From Octopus sinensis (taxonomy: Eukaryota): DNA of 64,000 nt. The notes under the pieces are model-generated. The model was not told the origin of the DNA and ran no database searches. It worked only from the letters and a program-made list of their open reading frames with translations. The stretch is from the NCBI RefSeq assembly GCF_006345805.1, contig NC_042999.1, forward strand, positions 13,640,001 to 13,704,000. The letters run 5' to 3'. Position numbers and translations under genes: made by a program. Positions 12,172 through 24,735 of the stretch are shown here, one piece after another (within the stretch, counting starts at the first letter, position 1; each line of letters opens with the position of its first letter).

Positions 12172-12566
12172 TCTCTCTATATATATATATAAAGCTGAAG
12201 TTGCCTGTGTATGGCAGGCTTGGTAGCCTTCAACTAACACTATCTCCTCTGAGACCCTGTGGCGCAAGTTGACCAAAATTGAGTATGATAGAAAAAGGCT
12301 TGCTCTTCCTTCCGTAGAAGAAAAATTCAAATCGGACCATGTTAACAGCAAAAATTATTTACATCAAAAAGGTGCGTTTTTTCTATGAAAATCCCTATTT
12401 TTTACGATTTTTTGACTGCTGTGTCACCATTTTTCGGTGTATTTCAACCAGAAAAATGTTCACTTAAAGAGAATAACAAGCTACATAATGCAAACTTTTT
12501 ACTTTTTAAAAATTCCAATTCTAAAGGGTCGAAACAAACCCAAGCAACGCCGGGCGATACTGCTAG
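12172..12566 (+). mobile_element. Non-autonomous Helitron, copy 1
   Basis: A|TC start (TCTCTCTATATATATATATAAAG), 3' hairpin CCCAAGCAACGCCGGG, and CTAG|T end. No TSD. Confidence 0.85.
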
Positions 12567-13463
12567 TATATATTAAAAGTGATGGATAAACAAGTCGGAA
12601 GAGATAGAGGTATCATTTCTTCTTTCATCATACACACACACACACACAAATATAAATAGGAAATGATAGAATACTCCTTAACTCCTTGATAAAAAGATTT
12701 AAGGAGTATTCTACTCTCTCCTTAGGCATATATAAGACTTTTGATATCTGTATGTATATATTACATATATGAAGAAAATATACTTCCATCACTGCAGAGT
12801 TTTCTATCATTAGTAATATTTGGGCTGGATATGGCTAGCTTAAATTGTAAAGAGATAAACATGGGTGTAGGAGTGGCTGCGTGGTAAGTAGCTTGCTTAC
12901 AAACCACATGGTTTCAGGTTCAGCCCCACTGTGTGGCACCTTGGGCAAGTGTCTTCTACTATAGCCTCAGGCTGACCAAAGCCTTGTGAGTGGATTTGGT
13001 AGATGGAAACTGAAAGAAGCCTGTCGTATATATGTATGTGTGTGTGTGTATATGTTTGTGCGTCTGTTTTTGTCCCACCAACATTGCTTGACAACTGATG
13101 CTGGTGTGTTTACATCCCTGTAAGTTAGCAGTTCAGCAAAAGAGACCGATAGAATAAGTACTAGGCTTACAAAGAATAAGTCCTGGGGTCGATTTGCTCC
13201 AGCATGGCCACAGTCAAATGACTGAAACAAGTAAAAGAGTAACGGCAGTGTATTTCAGCAGGAATATTATAACAAAAGGGTGAAACTGCTGATGATCAAA
13301 CATAACAGATTTGTGTCTCAGACAAGAATAAGAAGTGTAGATTAAGTTTTACTAAGCAATTAGTTAAATTGAGATTAGGCCAAAATCCATAACTGTCGGT
13401 ACAGATATCGATAGGAGAACTTGTTCAATTCATCTGCTACTCTAATATCTCCACAATCCATAA

Positions 13464-13671
13464 TAGTGGTTCTCAACCATTTTTTACCTAGGATTTCTAT
13501 TTCATGTGGCTGGATCCTTATAGCCATTCAGTGTTTTAAAATATCTTATTATAGGCCATGTGGTTGCATGGTAAGAAGTTTGCTTAACAGCCACATGGTT
13601 CTGATAAATTTTAAAAGCAACAGCTTATATGGATCCCTAGAGGCCATCTGGACCATGGTTGAGAGCCACTG
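13464..13671. mobile_element. hAT (Charlie-like) MITE
   Basis: TIRs TAGTGGTTCTCAACCA / TGGTTGAGAGCCACTG, with a degenerate 8-bp TSD (ATCCATAA / ATGCAAAA). A related element at about 16997-17580 hosts the insertion at 17083-17413. Confidence 0.65.
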
Positions 13672-14480
13672 ATGCAAAAGGAGGTGGTGTCAAGAAGAAA
13701 GGGTGAAACTTTGTAAGTTTAATTCTTTCCAGAGCTAATTTAATCACTTAACGATCCCGTTTCAATGCAATAAAAACCTATCTTATACCACTGAGTTATT
13801 CTCCTGCAAATCTGTGTCTTTTGGTGCCAAAGTAAGAAATCAATAGCTTAGTCATCTTCCCATGCCATTCCAAAAATAGATTGTTCTTTTACTTTTATGA
13901 ATCACAATACAAGGATTTGTAACTGAAGAATATGCACGATTGAACTGACAGTTGTGTCTTACTGACATTTACATGATCAATCACCCAGAGGGATAAATAG
14001 CAAAGTTGAATTCAATAGGATCCAAATGAGGAAATCAGATGAACAGCAGAACGAAATGCATGTATGGATGTATGGTTAAGAAGTTTGCTTTCCAACTATG
14101 TAGTTTCAAATTCACTCTCATTGCACAGCACCGTGAGCAAGGGTCTTCTCTTATAGCTTAGGGCCAACCCAACTGCACCTTGGGCAAGTGTTTTCTTCTA
14201 TAACTCAGGGGCAACAGAAGCCTTATGAATGGATTTGGTAGGCAGAAATAGAAAGAAGACTATCATGCTTTTCTTTTATTCTTGTATTTGTTTTGGCCAT
14301 TTCACTGCGGCCATGCTGGAGCACCACTTTTAGGCGAACAAATCGACCCCAGGACTTATTCTTTGTAAGTTTAGTACTTATTTTATCAGTACCTTTTTTC
14401 CAAACTGCTAAGTTACAGAGATGTAAACACACCAACATCAGTTTGTCAAGCAATGGTGGGGGCACAAACACACAAACATA

Positions 14481-14514
<34 letters not shown>

Positions 14515-15188
14515 TATGACGGGCTTCTTTCAGTTTCTGTCTACCAAATCCACTCACAAGGCTTTGGTCAGCCTGAGGCTAGAGTAGAAGACACTTGCCC
14601 AAGGTTCCACAGTGGGACTGAACCCAGAACCATGTGGTTGGTAAGCAAGCTATGCATGTAAATAATAATCCGTTCAACTGAAGGAACAAGACCTTGAAAT
14701 TATGGGGTTGGGAACTAGTTGATTGCATTGACCCCAATGTTTCATTGGTACTTAATTTATCGACCCCGAAAGGATAAAAGGCAAAGCCAACCTTAGCGGA
14801 ATTGAACTCAGGGTGTAGCAGCAGACGAAATACCACTAAGCATTTCGCCTGGCATGATAAAGATTCTGTCAGCTCGCCGCCTTATGTATGGAAATAATAA
14901 GTTCCAAAACTTAAAGAGAAGCACGACAAAGGAATGAAAGGAAAATTCACACACAAGACACAGTCATGCTCTTTCCTCATCATTATTATCCCCAAAAAAA
15001 AAGTCATTACAATTTCACTCCTGATTTTTTTTTTTTTGACAATAACTGACAAGGAAAAGCATGTCTGCGTCTCGTGTGCGAATTTTGCATTTGTTCCCTT
15101 GTCGTTCTGTTTAATTTTTGAAACTTATTATTTAAGCTAATGTCATGCACTCATCTTACCATCACCATATATCTGTGTTTGTGTGTGT

Positions 15189-15244
<56 letters not shown>

Positions 15245-16637
15245 AGCCTTGTATGTTTTGACATCATATGATGTTTGCAAAGAAGCACCACTCTCATACA
15301 AACAGTGTTATTTAATTCCAGTCTTCCACATAAAATGTGTATGGCCATGTGAAAAAATTACTTTACTTGGAAACAGGTAAGGGTTGGCCACAGGAAGAGC
15401 ATCCAGTCAAAGCAAATTTATATCAACTAATTCCATTTAACCTATGCAAGCATGAAAAAGTGGATATTAAAATGATAATGATAAAGAAAATGATAAATTC
15501 TAAACAATTCTCTAATAGTTTCATCACCATCATCATCATTTAACATCTGTTTTCCATGCTGGCATGGGTTAGAAGGCTTCACAGGAGCTGCCAAGGCCAG
15601 GATCCACATCAGGTTCCATAGTCTGTTTTGGCTTGGTTTCAAGAGCTGGATGCCCTTTCTAATATCAACCATTTTACAGAGTATACTAGGTACTTTTTAC
15701 ATAGCACCGACACCATCACCAGTGATTTTTAAATGGCACCATCACCAATGCTTTTTACTTGGCACCATCACCAACGATTTTTACTTGGCACCAGCAACAG
15801 TAATTTTTATGCGACACCAATACCATATTCTTTACATGGTCTCATCACCAGTGCTAAAATGCACCTAACTCTCTAAGTCCTAAGTTCCAATCCTGTTGAT
15901 ATCAACTTTGCTTCCAGCCTTTCAGGATTAATAAAATAAAGTACCAATCCAGAATAATGGATTGATGGAATTATCAGAGAGTACTCGTTCTGGGTTAGTG
16001 TGTTCTAAGTTCTTGGGTGTTATGTATACATATTTATACATTTGCTATTGATGGGCGGACAAATAAAATATGAACTAACTTCCAGATCAGAAATTTTCAG
16101 CAAATGCAAACATACGGACAAATTTCTTTTGACAAACTGGAAAATATCATCCTCTCCAGATTAAGCAGCTGTATGACAAACTTTAGACCTTCTGTTAGTT
16201 CTATACCAACTAGCTTTATGGCTTTATGGGCAAAGGGGACACAACTTACATATTCTTTCTTTTATTCCTTTCTTTTTTCATTCTTTTCACCCTTCAGCTT
16301 ATGCAGCCACTTTCCTCCTGTTTTTTCTCATGATTCCTCTTGTTCTATTGTCCTGATGTGAGGTTTGTATAGGCCATGGGCTCAGAGCCAGTAGATTGCT
16401 TGGCAACATTAGGTGTGTTATTAGAACCTACCTAGACAACATCTCCAGTGTATGAAACTATTAGTAGCTCATAACTATTTACATTAAACAACATTTATCT
16501 CTCAATAGATAGAGTACTTTTTTTTTGTTGACCTTAACTGGATGGGAAAGTAATACACACCCACACACACATAGGGAGAGAGGGGAGAGAGAGAGAAAGA
16601 GAGAGATAATAGAGAAAGTGAAAGTAAACCTAATTAC

Positions 16638-16781
16638 CTCAAAGAAATGCTCATCATTCTTGTTAAATGGAGTCCGGTCTGATTTATTGATAAGTTGACT
16701 AACACCAATAATCTGCCCTGTTGCATTTTTTATAGGCATGCACAAAATAGACCGTGTTTTGAAACGAGCATCCTCATCACT
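16638..16781 (-). CDS. PDE11: PDE11-like phosphodiesterase, internal coding exon (GAF-B with NKFDE-type motif), 144 nt
   Basis: tttttgcag|AGT...GAG|gtaatt. Translates SDEDARFKTRSILCMPIKNATGQIIGVSQLINKSDRTPFNKNDEHFFE. Confidence 0.95.
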
Positions 16782-17082
16782 CTGCAAAAAAAATCAAATC
16801 AAAAAAAAAGTTTAAGAAAAGGTAAAAATTCAAATTGCTCAAACAAAAGAAACATTACTTTTCTAAATTTATAATTGAAATTTCAACATGCAACATGAAA
16901 ATTCTACAACTGGCTGTTAAGATTTTGATGCAAATGATTCTAAACATCTGAGATGGAAGGGAGGAATTTTGAAGTCTCAAATTGGCTAAACTAATGCAGT
17001 GGTCCTCAACTGGGATCTATATGGCCCTTGGGGCTCCATATATTTTGTTGTTAAAAGTTCTCTGCAATAAATTGGTTATACA

Positions 17083-17275
17083 GTTCTATATTTAAGAGAT
17101 GAGGAATTATGTACATTATTTACATTTGATGAATATTTGTCCTCATCTTGTTTGTTGTTAACACAATGTTTCAGCTGATATACCCTCCAGTCTTCATCGG
17201 GTGTCTTGGGGAAATTTCAAACCTGGGTTCTCATTCCTAAGGTATTTTTCGATGTTATTATTATTATTATTATCA

Positions 17276-17327
<52 letters not shown>

Positions 17328-17413
17328 TCACTGCCTGCAACTGAACTCGGAATCTTGGGGTTAGTAGCCTGCACTCTTAACCACTATGCCATATCCATCA
17401 AATATAAATAACG
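17083..17413 (-). mobile_element. tRNA-headed element with (TAA)n linker and Penelope/hammerhead-like tail, copy 1
   Basis: A box TGGCATAGTGG, B-box-like GAGTTCAGTT, and tail motif AGACAC-CCGATGA-A-GACTG..CAGCT-GAAA-CATT-GTGTT. Flanked by the direct repeat TAAATTGGTTATACA (17068-17082 and 17414-17428). Confidence 0.8.
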
Positions 17414-18282
17414 TAAATTGGTTATACATCTACAATACACAAAATATTCTAACGATTATTTTTATATAATTCCTAATAATATTTAATTATAAAAATAGGA
17501 TTTTTTACAAATAGAATGGCCGTGAGGGTCCATCCGATCAAAATAGGAATCAAAGGGGTCCATAGGTAAAAAAAAGATGATATTGGTTTTAGGGACCAAT
17601 ATACTTTAGATAGGTACAAGACCCAAAATTTTGTGGAAGGGGACTAGTCATTGACTTTGTGTTCATCATGTATTTGTTTCATTGACCCAGAAAGGATGAA
17701 GGATAAAGTAGACTTTGCTGGAATTTCAACTCAGAATGTAAAGATGAATGAAATGGTGCTAACCATTTTGTCCATTGAGCGTGGCCGTTGCCAGTATCAC
17801 CTGTCTGGCCCTTGTGCTGGTGGCACATAAAAGCACCCGCTACACTCTCTGAGTGGTTGGCATTAGGAAGGGCATCCAGCTGTAGAAACTCTGCCAGATC
17901 AGATTGGATCCTGGTGTACCCTTCTGGCTCGCCAGCCCACAGTCAAACTGTCCAACCCATGCTAGCATGGAAAACGGATGTTAAACGATGATGATGATGA
18001 TGATGATCAACTTATCTCTTTTGATAGCATATTTCTATTGAAATATTTTGTAATTGCTTCAATTAATTTTTTGAGAATAATAAAGAATTTAGTTAAATGA
18101 CTCTTATTATTAGGCTGGTGGCTGGAACATAAATTAAAAGGAAATTTTGGTGGAAAGTTTTAATCTAGATCCCTTTAACACCAGAAACTTCTACCATAGA
18201 ACTGGAAGTGGTCTCAGATGGGTTGAAATCAGTCAAATCATCCAACCCATGCTAGCATGGAAAGCAGATGTTAAACGACGAC

Positions 18283-18316
<34 letters not shown>

Positions 18317-19095
18317 CTAACAATCTTGCCAGCTTGCTGCCTTGCTTTAAAGACTAATATAACAGAAGCTACAAAAAATGGTGTCCCACTACCTACATGA
18401 TTCAAATATTGTGTCTGCCATAAACTGTAGAGCTGTGTTGAGTACTACACCAAAAGTGACATCGCAATTAGAAGACCTAAATCATAATAGCAGCTTTTTA
18501 TTGGAAATTGCAGTCCACACAGTATCAAAATGAAGTTGTTCAATCATTTATTTTGTTTAACATCTATTTTTTCCCACGCTGGAATGGTTTTGACAGGAGC
18601 AAATTTTAAGGCAGAAATTTTACAGCATGATGCATTTCTCATCATTAAATCTTATCAGTTTCTCAAGTAAAGGATTTTTTATTCCGGAGGAAATCAAAAG
18701 CACTGAGATAGCAAATGATTTTGCTGACAGGAAATGTGAATGAACTTCACCAGTTGCATGCAAAACACGTGTGAGGACATCACCATCTGCAGATGAGCTG
18801 AAAATAGTGATACTACAGATTTTACCTGTACCTCAACATAGTTCTGTAAGTGTTCACACAAATATACACACATGCCCATACACATACGACAAGGCTTCTT
18901 TCGGTTCCCTCTACTGAATTCCAAATTTGCACACAGGCGCAGGAGTGGCTGTGTGTTGAGTAGCTTGCTAACCAGCCACATGGTTCCGGGTTCAGTCCCA
19001 CTGCGTGGCATCTTGGGCAAGTGTCTTCTGCTATAGCCTCGGGCCGACCAATGCCTTGTGAGTGGATTTGGTAGACGGAAACTGAAAGAAGCCTG

Positions 19096-19137
<42 letters not shown>

Positions 19138-20165
19138 GAGTGTGTTTGTGTGTCTGTGTTTGTACCCCTAGCATTGCTTGACAACCGATGCTGGTGTGTT
19201 TACGTCCCCGCAAAAGGAGACCGATAGAATAAGTACTGGGCTTACAAAAAGAATAAGTCCCAGGGTCGAGTTGCTCGACTAAAAGCGGTGCTCCAGCATG
19301 GCCACAGTCAAATGACTGAAACAAGTAAAAGAGTAAAAGAGTAAGGCAATTGTCTACTCATGGCTATAGTAAAAATAATTGCTCAAGGTACCACACAGTG
19401 AAACTGAACCTCAATCCAGGTGATTGACAAATGAACTTCTTCACCATACAGCTATGTTTGTGCTTATGATCATCAACATAATCACCATCATCATTTAACC
19501 CTTTGGGGATGGAGCCTCATTTGGTAGTTTAGTGCCAAGAAGACGGAGCCCCTTTTCACAAGCCTTGTAGAGGGTATGCACTTATTTTTAGAGAAAACTA
19601 CAAAAAATAAAGTAATTAGGCGTAGGATTGGCTGTGTGGTAAGTAGCTTGCTTATGAACCACATGGTTCCGGGTTCAGCCTCACTGCGTGGCACCTTGGG
19701 CGAGTGTCTTCTACTATAGTCTCAGGATGACCAAAGCCTTGTGAGTGGATTTGGTAGATGAAAATTAAAAGAAGCCTGTCATATATATGTGTGTGTGTGT
19801 GTATATGTTTTTGTGTCGGTGTTTGTCCCCCCAACATCACTTGACAAGTGATGCTGGTGTGTTTACATCCCCATAGCTTAGCAGTTCGGCAAAAGAGACC
19901 GATAGAATAAGTACTAGGCTTACAAAGAATAAGTCCTGGGATCGATTTGCTCGACTAAAGGCAGTGCTCCAGCATGGCCACAGTCAAAATGACTGAAACA
20001 AGTAAAAGAGTAAAAGTGTAATTACTTTACATATATAAGCTATATAGATTCTTGTAGGAAATTGAATGAACTAATACAATCTTCTTTATTATTTGTCTTT
20101 TTCAGCTGACAAATCAGCCTTGTTGTCCCCTAAGGATTAATGTCCATTCTCTATGCTGGCATATA

Positions 20166-20198
<33 letters not shown>

Positions 20199-20698
20199 GA
20201 AGATAGGAAAAATTGTAAGAACACTTGTGGGATTTGAATGTCATATCTGCTGTACTTTCATTCTGAATATCTTGACATTTATATCATACTTTTGATGCAA
20301 AAGTCTGTTATTTATCATGACAAACACTGCACTGATGCAGTAGAATAGCCTGTCCTGATATTTGTCAAAGGTTTGGCTATAGAGACAAGCATGGCTGCGT
20401 GATAATAACCACATGTTTCCAGGTTCAGTCCCACTGTATGGCACCTTGGGTCGAACAAAGCTTTGTGAATGGATTTGATAAATAGAAACAGAAAGAAGCT
20501 TATCGTATATATCCATATCTAAAATATTAGTACTGGGGTTGATCCATTTGGTTGAAATTCTTCAAGATAGTGCCCCAACGTGACTGCAGTCTAATCACTA
20601 GAACAGGTGAAAGGTAAAACATAAAATATATATTTTCTTTCTTTTATCCATAATAAAGTTTGCATGCGTGTGTGTGTGTGTATGTGTGTGCATGCATG

Positions 20699-20699
<1 letters not shown>

Positions 20700-20762
<63 letters not shown>

Positions 20763-20805
20763 GATAGATAGATAGATAGATAGAGATAGATAGATAGATA
20801 GATAG

Positions 20806-20888
<83 letters not shown>

Positions 20889-20892
20889 TAGA

Positions 20893-20936
<44 letters not shown>

Positions 20937-20963
20937 TATAGATAGATAGATAGATAGATAGAT

Positions 20964-20994
<31 letters not shown>

Positions 20995-21045
20995 TAGATA
21001 GATAGATATAGATAGATAGAATAGATAGATAGATAATAGATAGAT

Positions 21046-21080
<35 letters not shown>

Positions 21081-21237
21081 TAGATAGATAGATATAGATA
21101 GATAGATATAGATAGATAGATAGATATAGATAGATAGATATAGATATATAGATAGATAGATATAGATAGATAGATAAATAGATAGATAGATAGATATAGA
21201 TAGATAGATATAGATAGATAGATAAATAGATAGATAA
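20700..21237. repeat. Long (GATA)n / (GACA)n tetranucleotide array
   Basis: About 540 bp of GATA with GA/TA slips and two GACA blocks. It is the source of the IYLS ORFs. Confidence 0.98.
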
Positions 21238-21238
21238 G

Positions 21239-22010
21239 TTTCTTTATTGGCCACACAGGGCTGCACACAGATGGGACAAGTTACAAGGTAGAGCTTTTCT
21301 TTTGGGGGATGAAGAGAACAAAAAACAAAAGAAAAAAAAAGGGGGTGGCGTAGGTTTTCAATCAAGAGGGATCGTAAAAGGGAAGAAAAGAACAAAAAAA
21401 AAATTGAATAAAATAAAAAGAATAAAAAGAAAAAAAAAAGGAAAAGGAACAAAAGGAAAGAGAAATGAAAAAAGAAGAAAAAAGGGGAAAAAAAAGGGGA
21501 AAAAAAAAGAACGATCAATAGGGATCGTGTATCACAGTGTTATGATATATGGTGTAAAGGGGAAAGCAAGTAAGGTTTATTCGTGGGAAGAAAAGCCTAC
21601 GAAAAAGACCACGGTAACCTTGGTCAATATTATTATATGTTACCACATTTGTTTGCAAGTGGGTAACCCTCTGATTTCAATTTCTGGGTTCATAGGATTA
21701 TGCTCAAGGTGGCTTCGTCATTCATACGTGCCATCCTTGCTACATTCACCCATCTTTTTTTAAAACATTCGCTAGACAAAACTTGCCTCTCTACTCTCAC
21801 TTTCCTTTTCAAGTGGTACTTGAAGAAGTTGATGAGAGATTGACCAGAGAGGAAAGTGTTTGTCTCCAATCCTTTCAGATGCGTCCACCAGATACATTCT
21901 TTCGCCATAGCCACAAGGATGATGAAAATAGCTCTTCCTTCCCGTTTGAAGGAAGGAGGCGTGACAATATTGACGATAGACTCAGCTGATAAACCAACTC
22001 GTCCCACACG
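21239..22010 (-). mobile_element. 5'-truncated L1/Tx1-clade LINE (ORF2 C-terminus plus 3' UTR)
   Basis: Minus ORF ...ILVAMAKECIWWTHLKG...FFKYHLKRKVRVERQVLSSECFKKRWV resembles the Tx1/L1 ORF2 C-terminus. The 3' UTR ends GCCAATAAAGAAA next to (TATC)n. A second, 3'-UTR-only copy lies at about 60004-60345(-). Confidence 0.7.
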
Positions 22011-22157
22011 TGACAGCAGTTGTTCAGACAGATATAGATATAAACATATACAAGTAAGTATTTATGTAATAAATCATCATCATTTAATGCCTGTCCAACC
22101 CATGCCAGCATGGAAGGTAGACATTAAATGATGATTTATGGAATTATAAACACTTAC

Positions 22158-22205
22158 AGATGGGTCAAACCTGCAATCTGCATAGGCATTTGGAATGTTG
22201 AGAAT
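22158..22205 (-). CDS. PDE11: PDE11-like phosphodiesterase, internal coding exon (GAF-B), 48 nt
   Basis: (t)n gcag|ATT...TCT|gtaagt. Translates ILNIPNAYADCRFDPS, the GAF NIxDAY..RFD motif, and exactly fills the gap between the flanking exons. Confidence 0.93.
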
Positions 22206-22679
22206 CTGCAAAAAAAAAAAAAAAAATTATAAAACTGAAATAGAATCTCACACAAATTTAACATATGCAGAAAGACCATACTGAAAAAGGATTTTTTTTT
22301 TTAATATACCATTCGTCTAAAATGGAGAATAGAGCATATATATATTCATGATGAAAATCAAACTCAATTTTTATTTTTCACTGTTTTTACATAACCAGAC
22401 GCATACAAATACATACATATGCACAGAACGTAAGCACACACATAAACAAACCTCAATCTCACACATGTAATTCATCTGCCTTCTGTGCATTTTATAACTG
22501 CCATATAAATAGATACTTCATGAAACGGTGAGCAGTAAACAATAAAAAAAATATAACATATTTAGTTTGTCAGTGAAAGTATTAATATCCACAATGAAAT
22601 TTTCAGCAAATCACGCAAACATTGCTTAACATTGACTAATCGATCTCCTTCCATTATTATTATTATTATTATCATTTTA

Positions 22680-22911
22680 TGCTTGACTTTAGCTTTACAT
22701 CTGTACATGTTGGCTCCAAGTCTCAGCGCATGACCTTGCAGGTGGGGCCCAGTTAGAATTTTCTTCAGGTTGAGTAGCCCATCCTACTCAAAAGGTCCCT
22801 GAATAAGGATTGTTTAAGGATGTTGAATGAACCACCCATGTTTCCAAAGGTGAATTATCCAACACACGACTATGATGCTCCCTCACTACTTCTGGTACTG
22901 CATTAGGGCAG

Positions 22912-22912
<1 letters not shown>
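22680..22912 (-). mobile_element. Short non-coding element between (TAA)n tracts sharing its 3' tail with the adjacent R4/Dong LINE
   Basis: Minus 3' end GAGACTTGGAGCCAACATGTACAGATGTAAAGCTAAAGTCAAGCATA matches the LINE end GAGACTTGGAGCTAACTTGTACAAAGGTAAAGCTAAAGTCAAACATA at about 22990-23038. Confidence 0.75.
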
Positions 22913-22960
<48 letters not shown>

Positions 22961-22989
22961 TATCATCATCATCATTATTATTATTATTC

Positions 22990-23393
22990 TATGTTTGACT
23001 TTAGCTTTACCTTTGTACAAGTTAGCTCCAAGTCTCACCCAGAGACCTCAAGAGACAACAAGTTGGAAGATCATGTTGGTTTTATGCCTAGGGTGCCATA
23101 TATTTGGTTTTGTACATAGTGTTGTTCTAGAGAATGTTTAAGAAACCATAAGAAAATTATGTTTGTTTTAAAACTTGAGATTACATAGAAAGAATTTTGT
23201 GTAGGATAAGAGCAGTTCCCATGAGCACTATCTTTTGAATTTCTGCCATTTTGGGGTTTCCTGGTATCTGAGTTAGGTAGCAATCAGTCCCTTTTGCTAT
23301 CATTCCCAGGGCACCTATGATAACAGGTATTGTTTTAGTCTTCAGGTTGCACATTTTGCTAATTTCTATTTCAAGATCTTTATATTTGCTCAG

Positions 23394-23395
<2 letters not shown>
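22990..23395 (-). mobile_element. R4/Dong-clade (RLE-type) non-LTR retrotransposon 3' fragment
   Basis: KLSKYKDLEIEISKM..LKTKTIPVIIGALGMI....KIVLMGTALILHKILSM* is the C-terminal restriction-like endonuclease tail. It has (TAA)n at both ends. Confidence 0.85.
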
Positions 23396-23428
<33 letters not shown>

Positions 23429-24409
23429 GGCAGCGAACTGGAGGAATTGTTAGCATGCTGGGCAGAATGTTTAGCAGGATTTTGTCTGTCTTCACATTCT
23501 GAGTTCAAATTCAGCTGAGGTCAACTTTGCTTTTCATCCTTACAGAGTCGATAAAATAAATACCAGTTACACACTGCGGTCAATGTAATTGACTAGTTCC
23601 TTCCTACAAAATTTCAGGTCTTGTACTTTAGTAGAAAGGATTATTATTATTATTATTATTATTAAACAGAGTCATTAAAGCATCAGAACAAAAAAATGTC
23701 TGGTGGTCTTTCTTCCAGTCCTTTAAATTTTGGTTTCAAATCCCACTGAAGTCAAATTACATCTTTTAGGGGTCAGTAAAAATAAAGTAGCAGTTGACTA
23801 AATCCCAACCCCTTAAAATTGCTAGCCTTGTACCTAAATCATAATAATAATAATAATAATAATCATAATAATCCTTTCTCCTAAAGGCGTAAGGCCTGAA
23901 ATTTGGGGTGAGAGAATAAGTTGATTACAATGACCCCAGTGTTTCATTGGTACTTAATTTGTCAACCCTGAAAGGCAAAAACTTCCCATTCTGACAAAAG
24001 GCCAGCAAGTTCAGGGAAGGGGTAAGTTGACCTCAGCAGAATTTGCATAATAATAACAACAATAATTATAAGTCACAGAGCAAATAAAGAATCAGTGGGA
24101 AAGGAGACAAAAGTATCAGCCATCTTGAATGAATGCAGTAAACTAGAACAAAAAGAGTATAAACACAAACATGTATAAATCACAAGTCAGAGGCTGTGAT
24201 AGAAAATGATAATTGCAGGTTTTATGGGACTTCCCCAAAACTGGTTCTTAGTTCATCGACACCCTCAAAAGGATGAAAAGCAAAGTTGACCTCGGTAGAA
24301 CTTGAACACAGGACATGAATTCAGACAAAATGCCACTAAGCATATCGCCTAGCGTGCTAACGATTCTGCCAGCTCGCCACCTTAAATAATGATAATAATA
24401 ATAATAATA

Positions 24410-24735
24410 AGCAAAGTACCAGGACCTAGCTATTGAATTACAGAGACTATGGAAAGTGTAGGTAAAATAAAATATATCCCAGTGGTTATACGTGCATTAG
24501 GAACTATCCCTAAAGATCTGAACAGATGGATAGAGGAAATAGACATAAAATCAGGTTTACTACAGCTGCAGAGAACAGTGTTATTAGGGACAGCTAGGAT
24601 ATTTAGGAGGGTTCTTGGCATCTAAGGTTACTTGCTGTAACCCGATAGGTGGGTTCTCGGCATCTAAGGCAACTTGTAGTCTGATGCTAGGATTCTTTTC
24701 TTTTCCAACAGACTAATCTGTTGAGTGTATATGAA
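24410..24735 (+). mobile_element. R4/Dong-clade 3' fragment
   Basis: KYQDLAIELQRLWKV..IPVVIRALGTIPKDLNRWIEEI....LQLQRTVLLGTARIFRRVLGI*, bounded by (TAA)n on both sides. Confidence 0.85.

Noticed and set aside
20591-21518. Long ORFs rich in IYLS, CV, IY, HT or poly-V/P (also 34333-34912, 38053-38547, 40522-41101, 61251-63423)
   Set aside because: They are translations of microsatellites.
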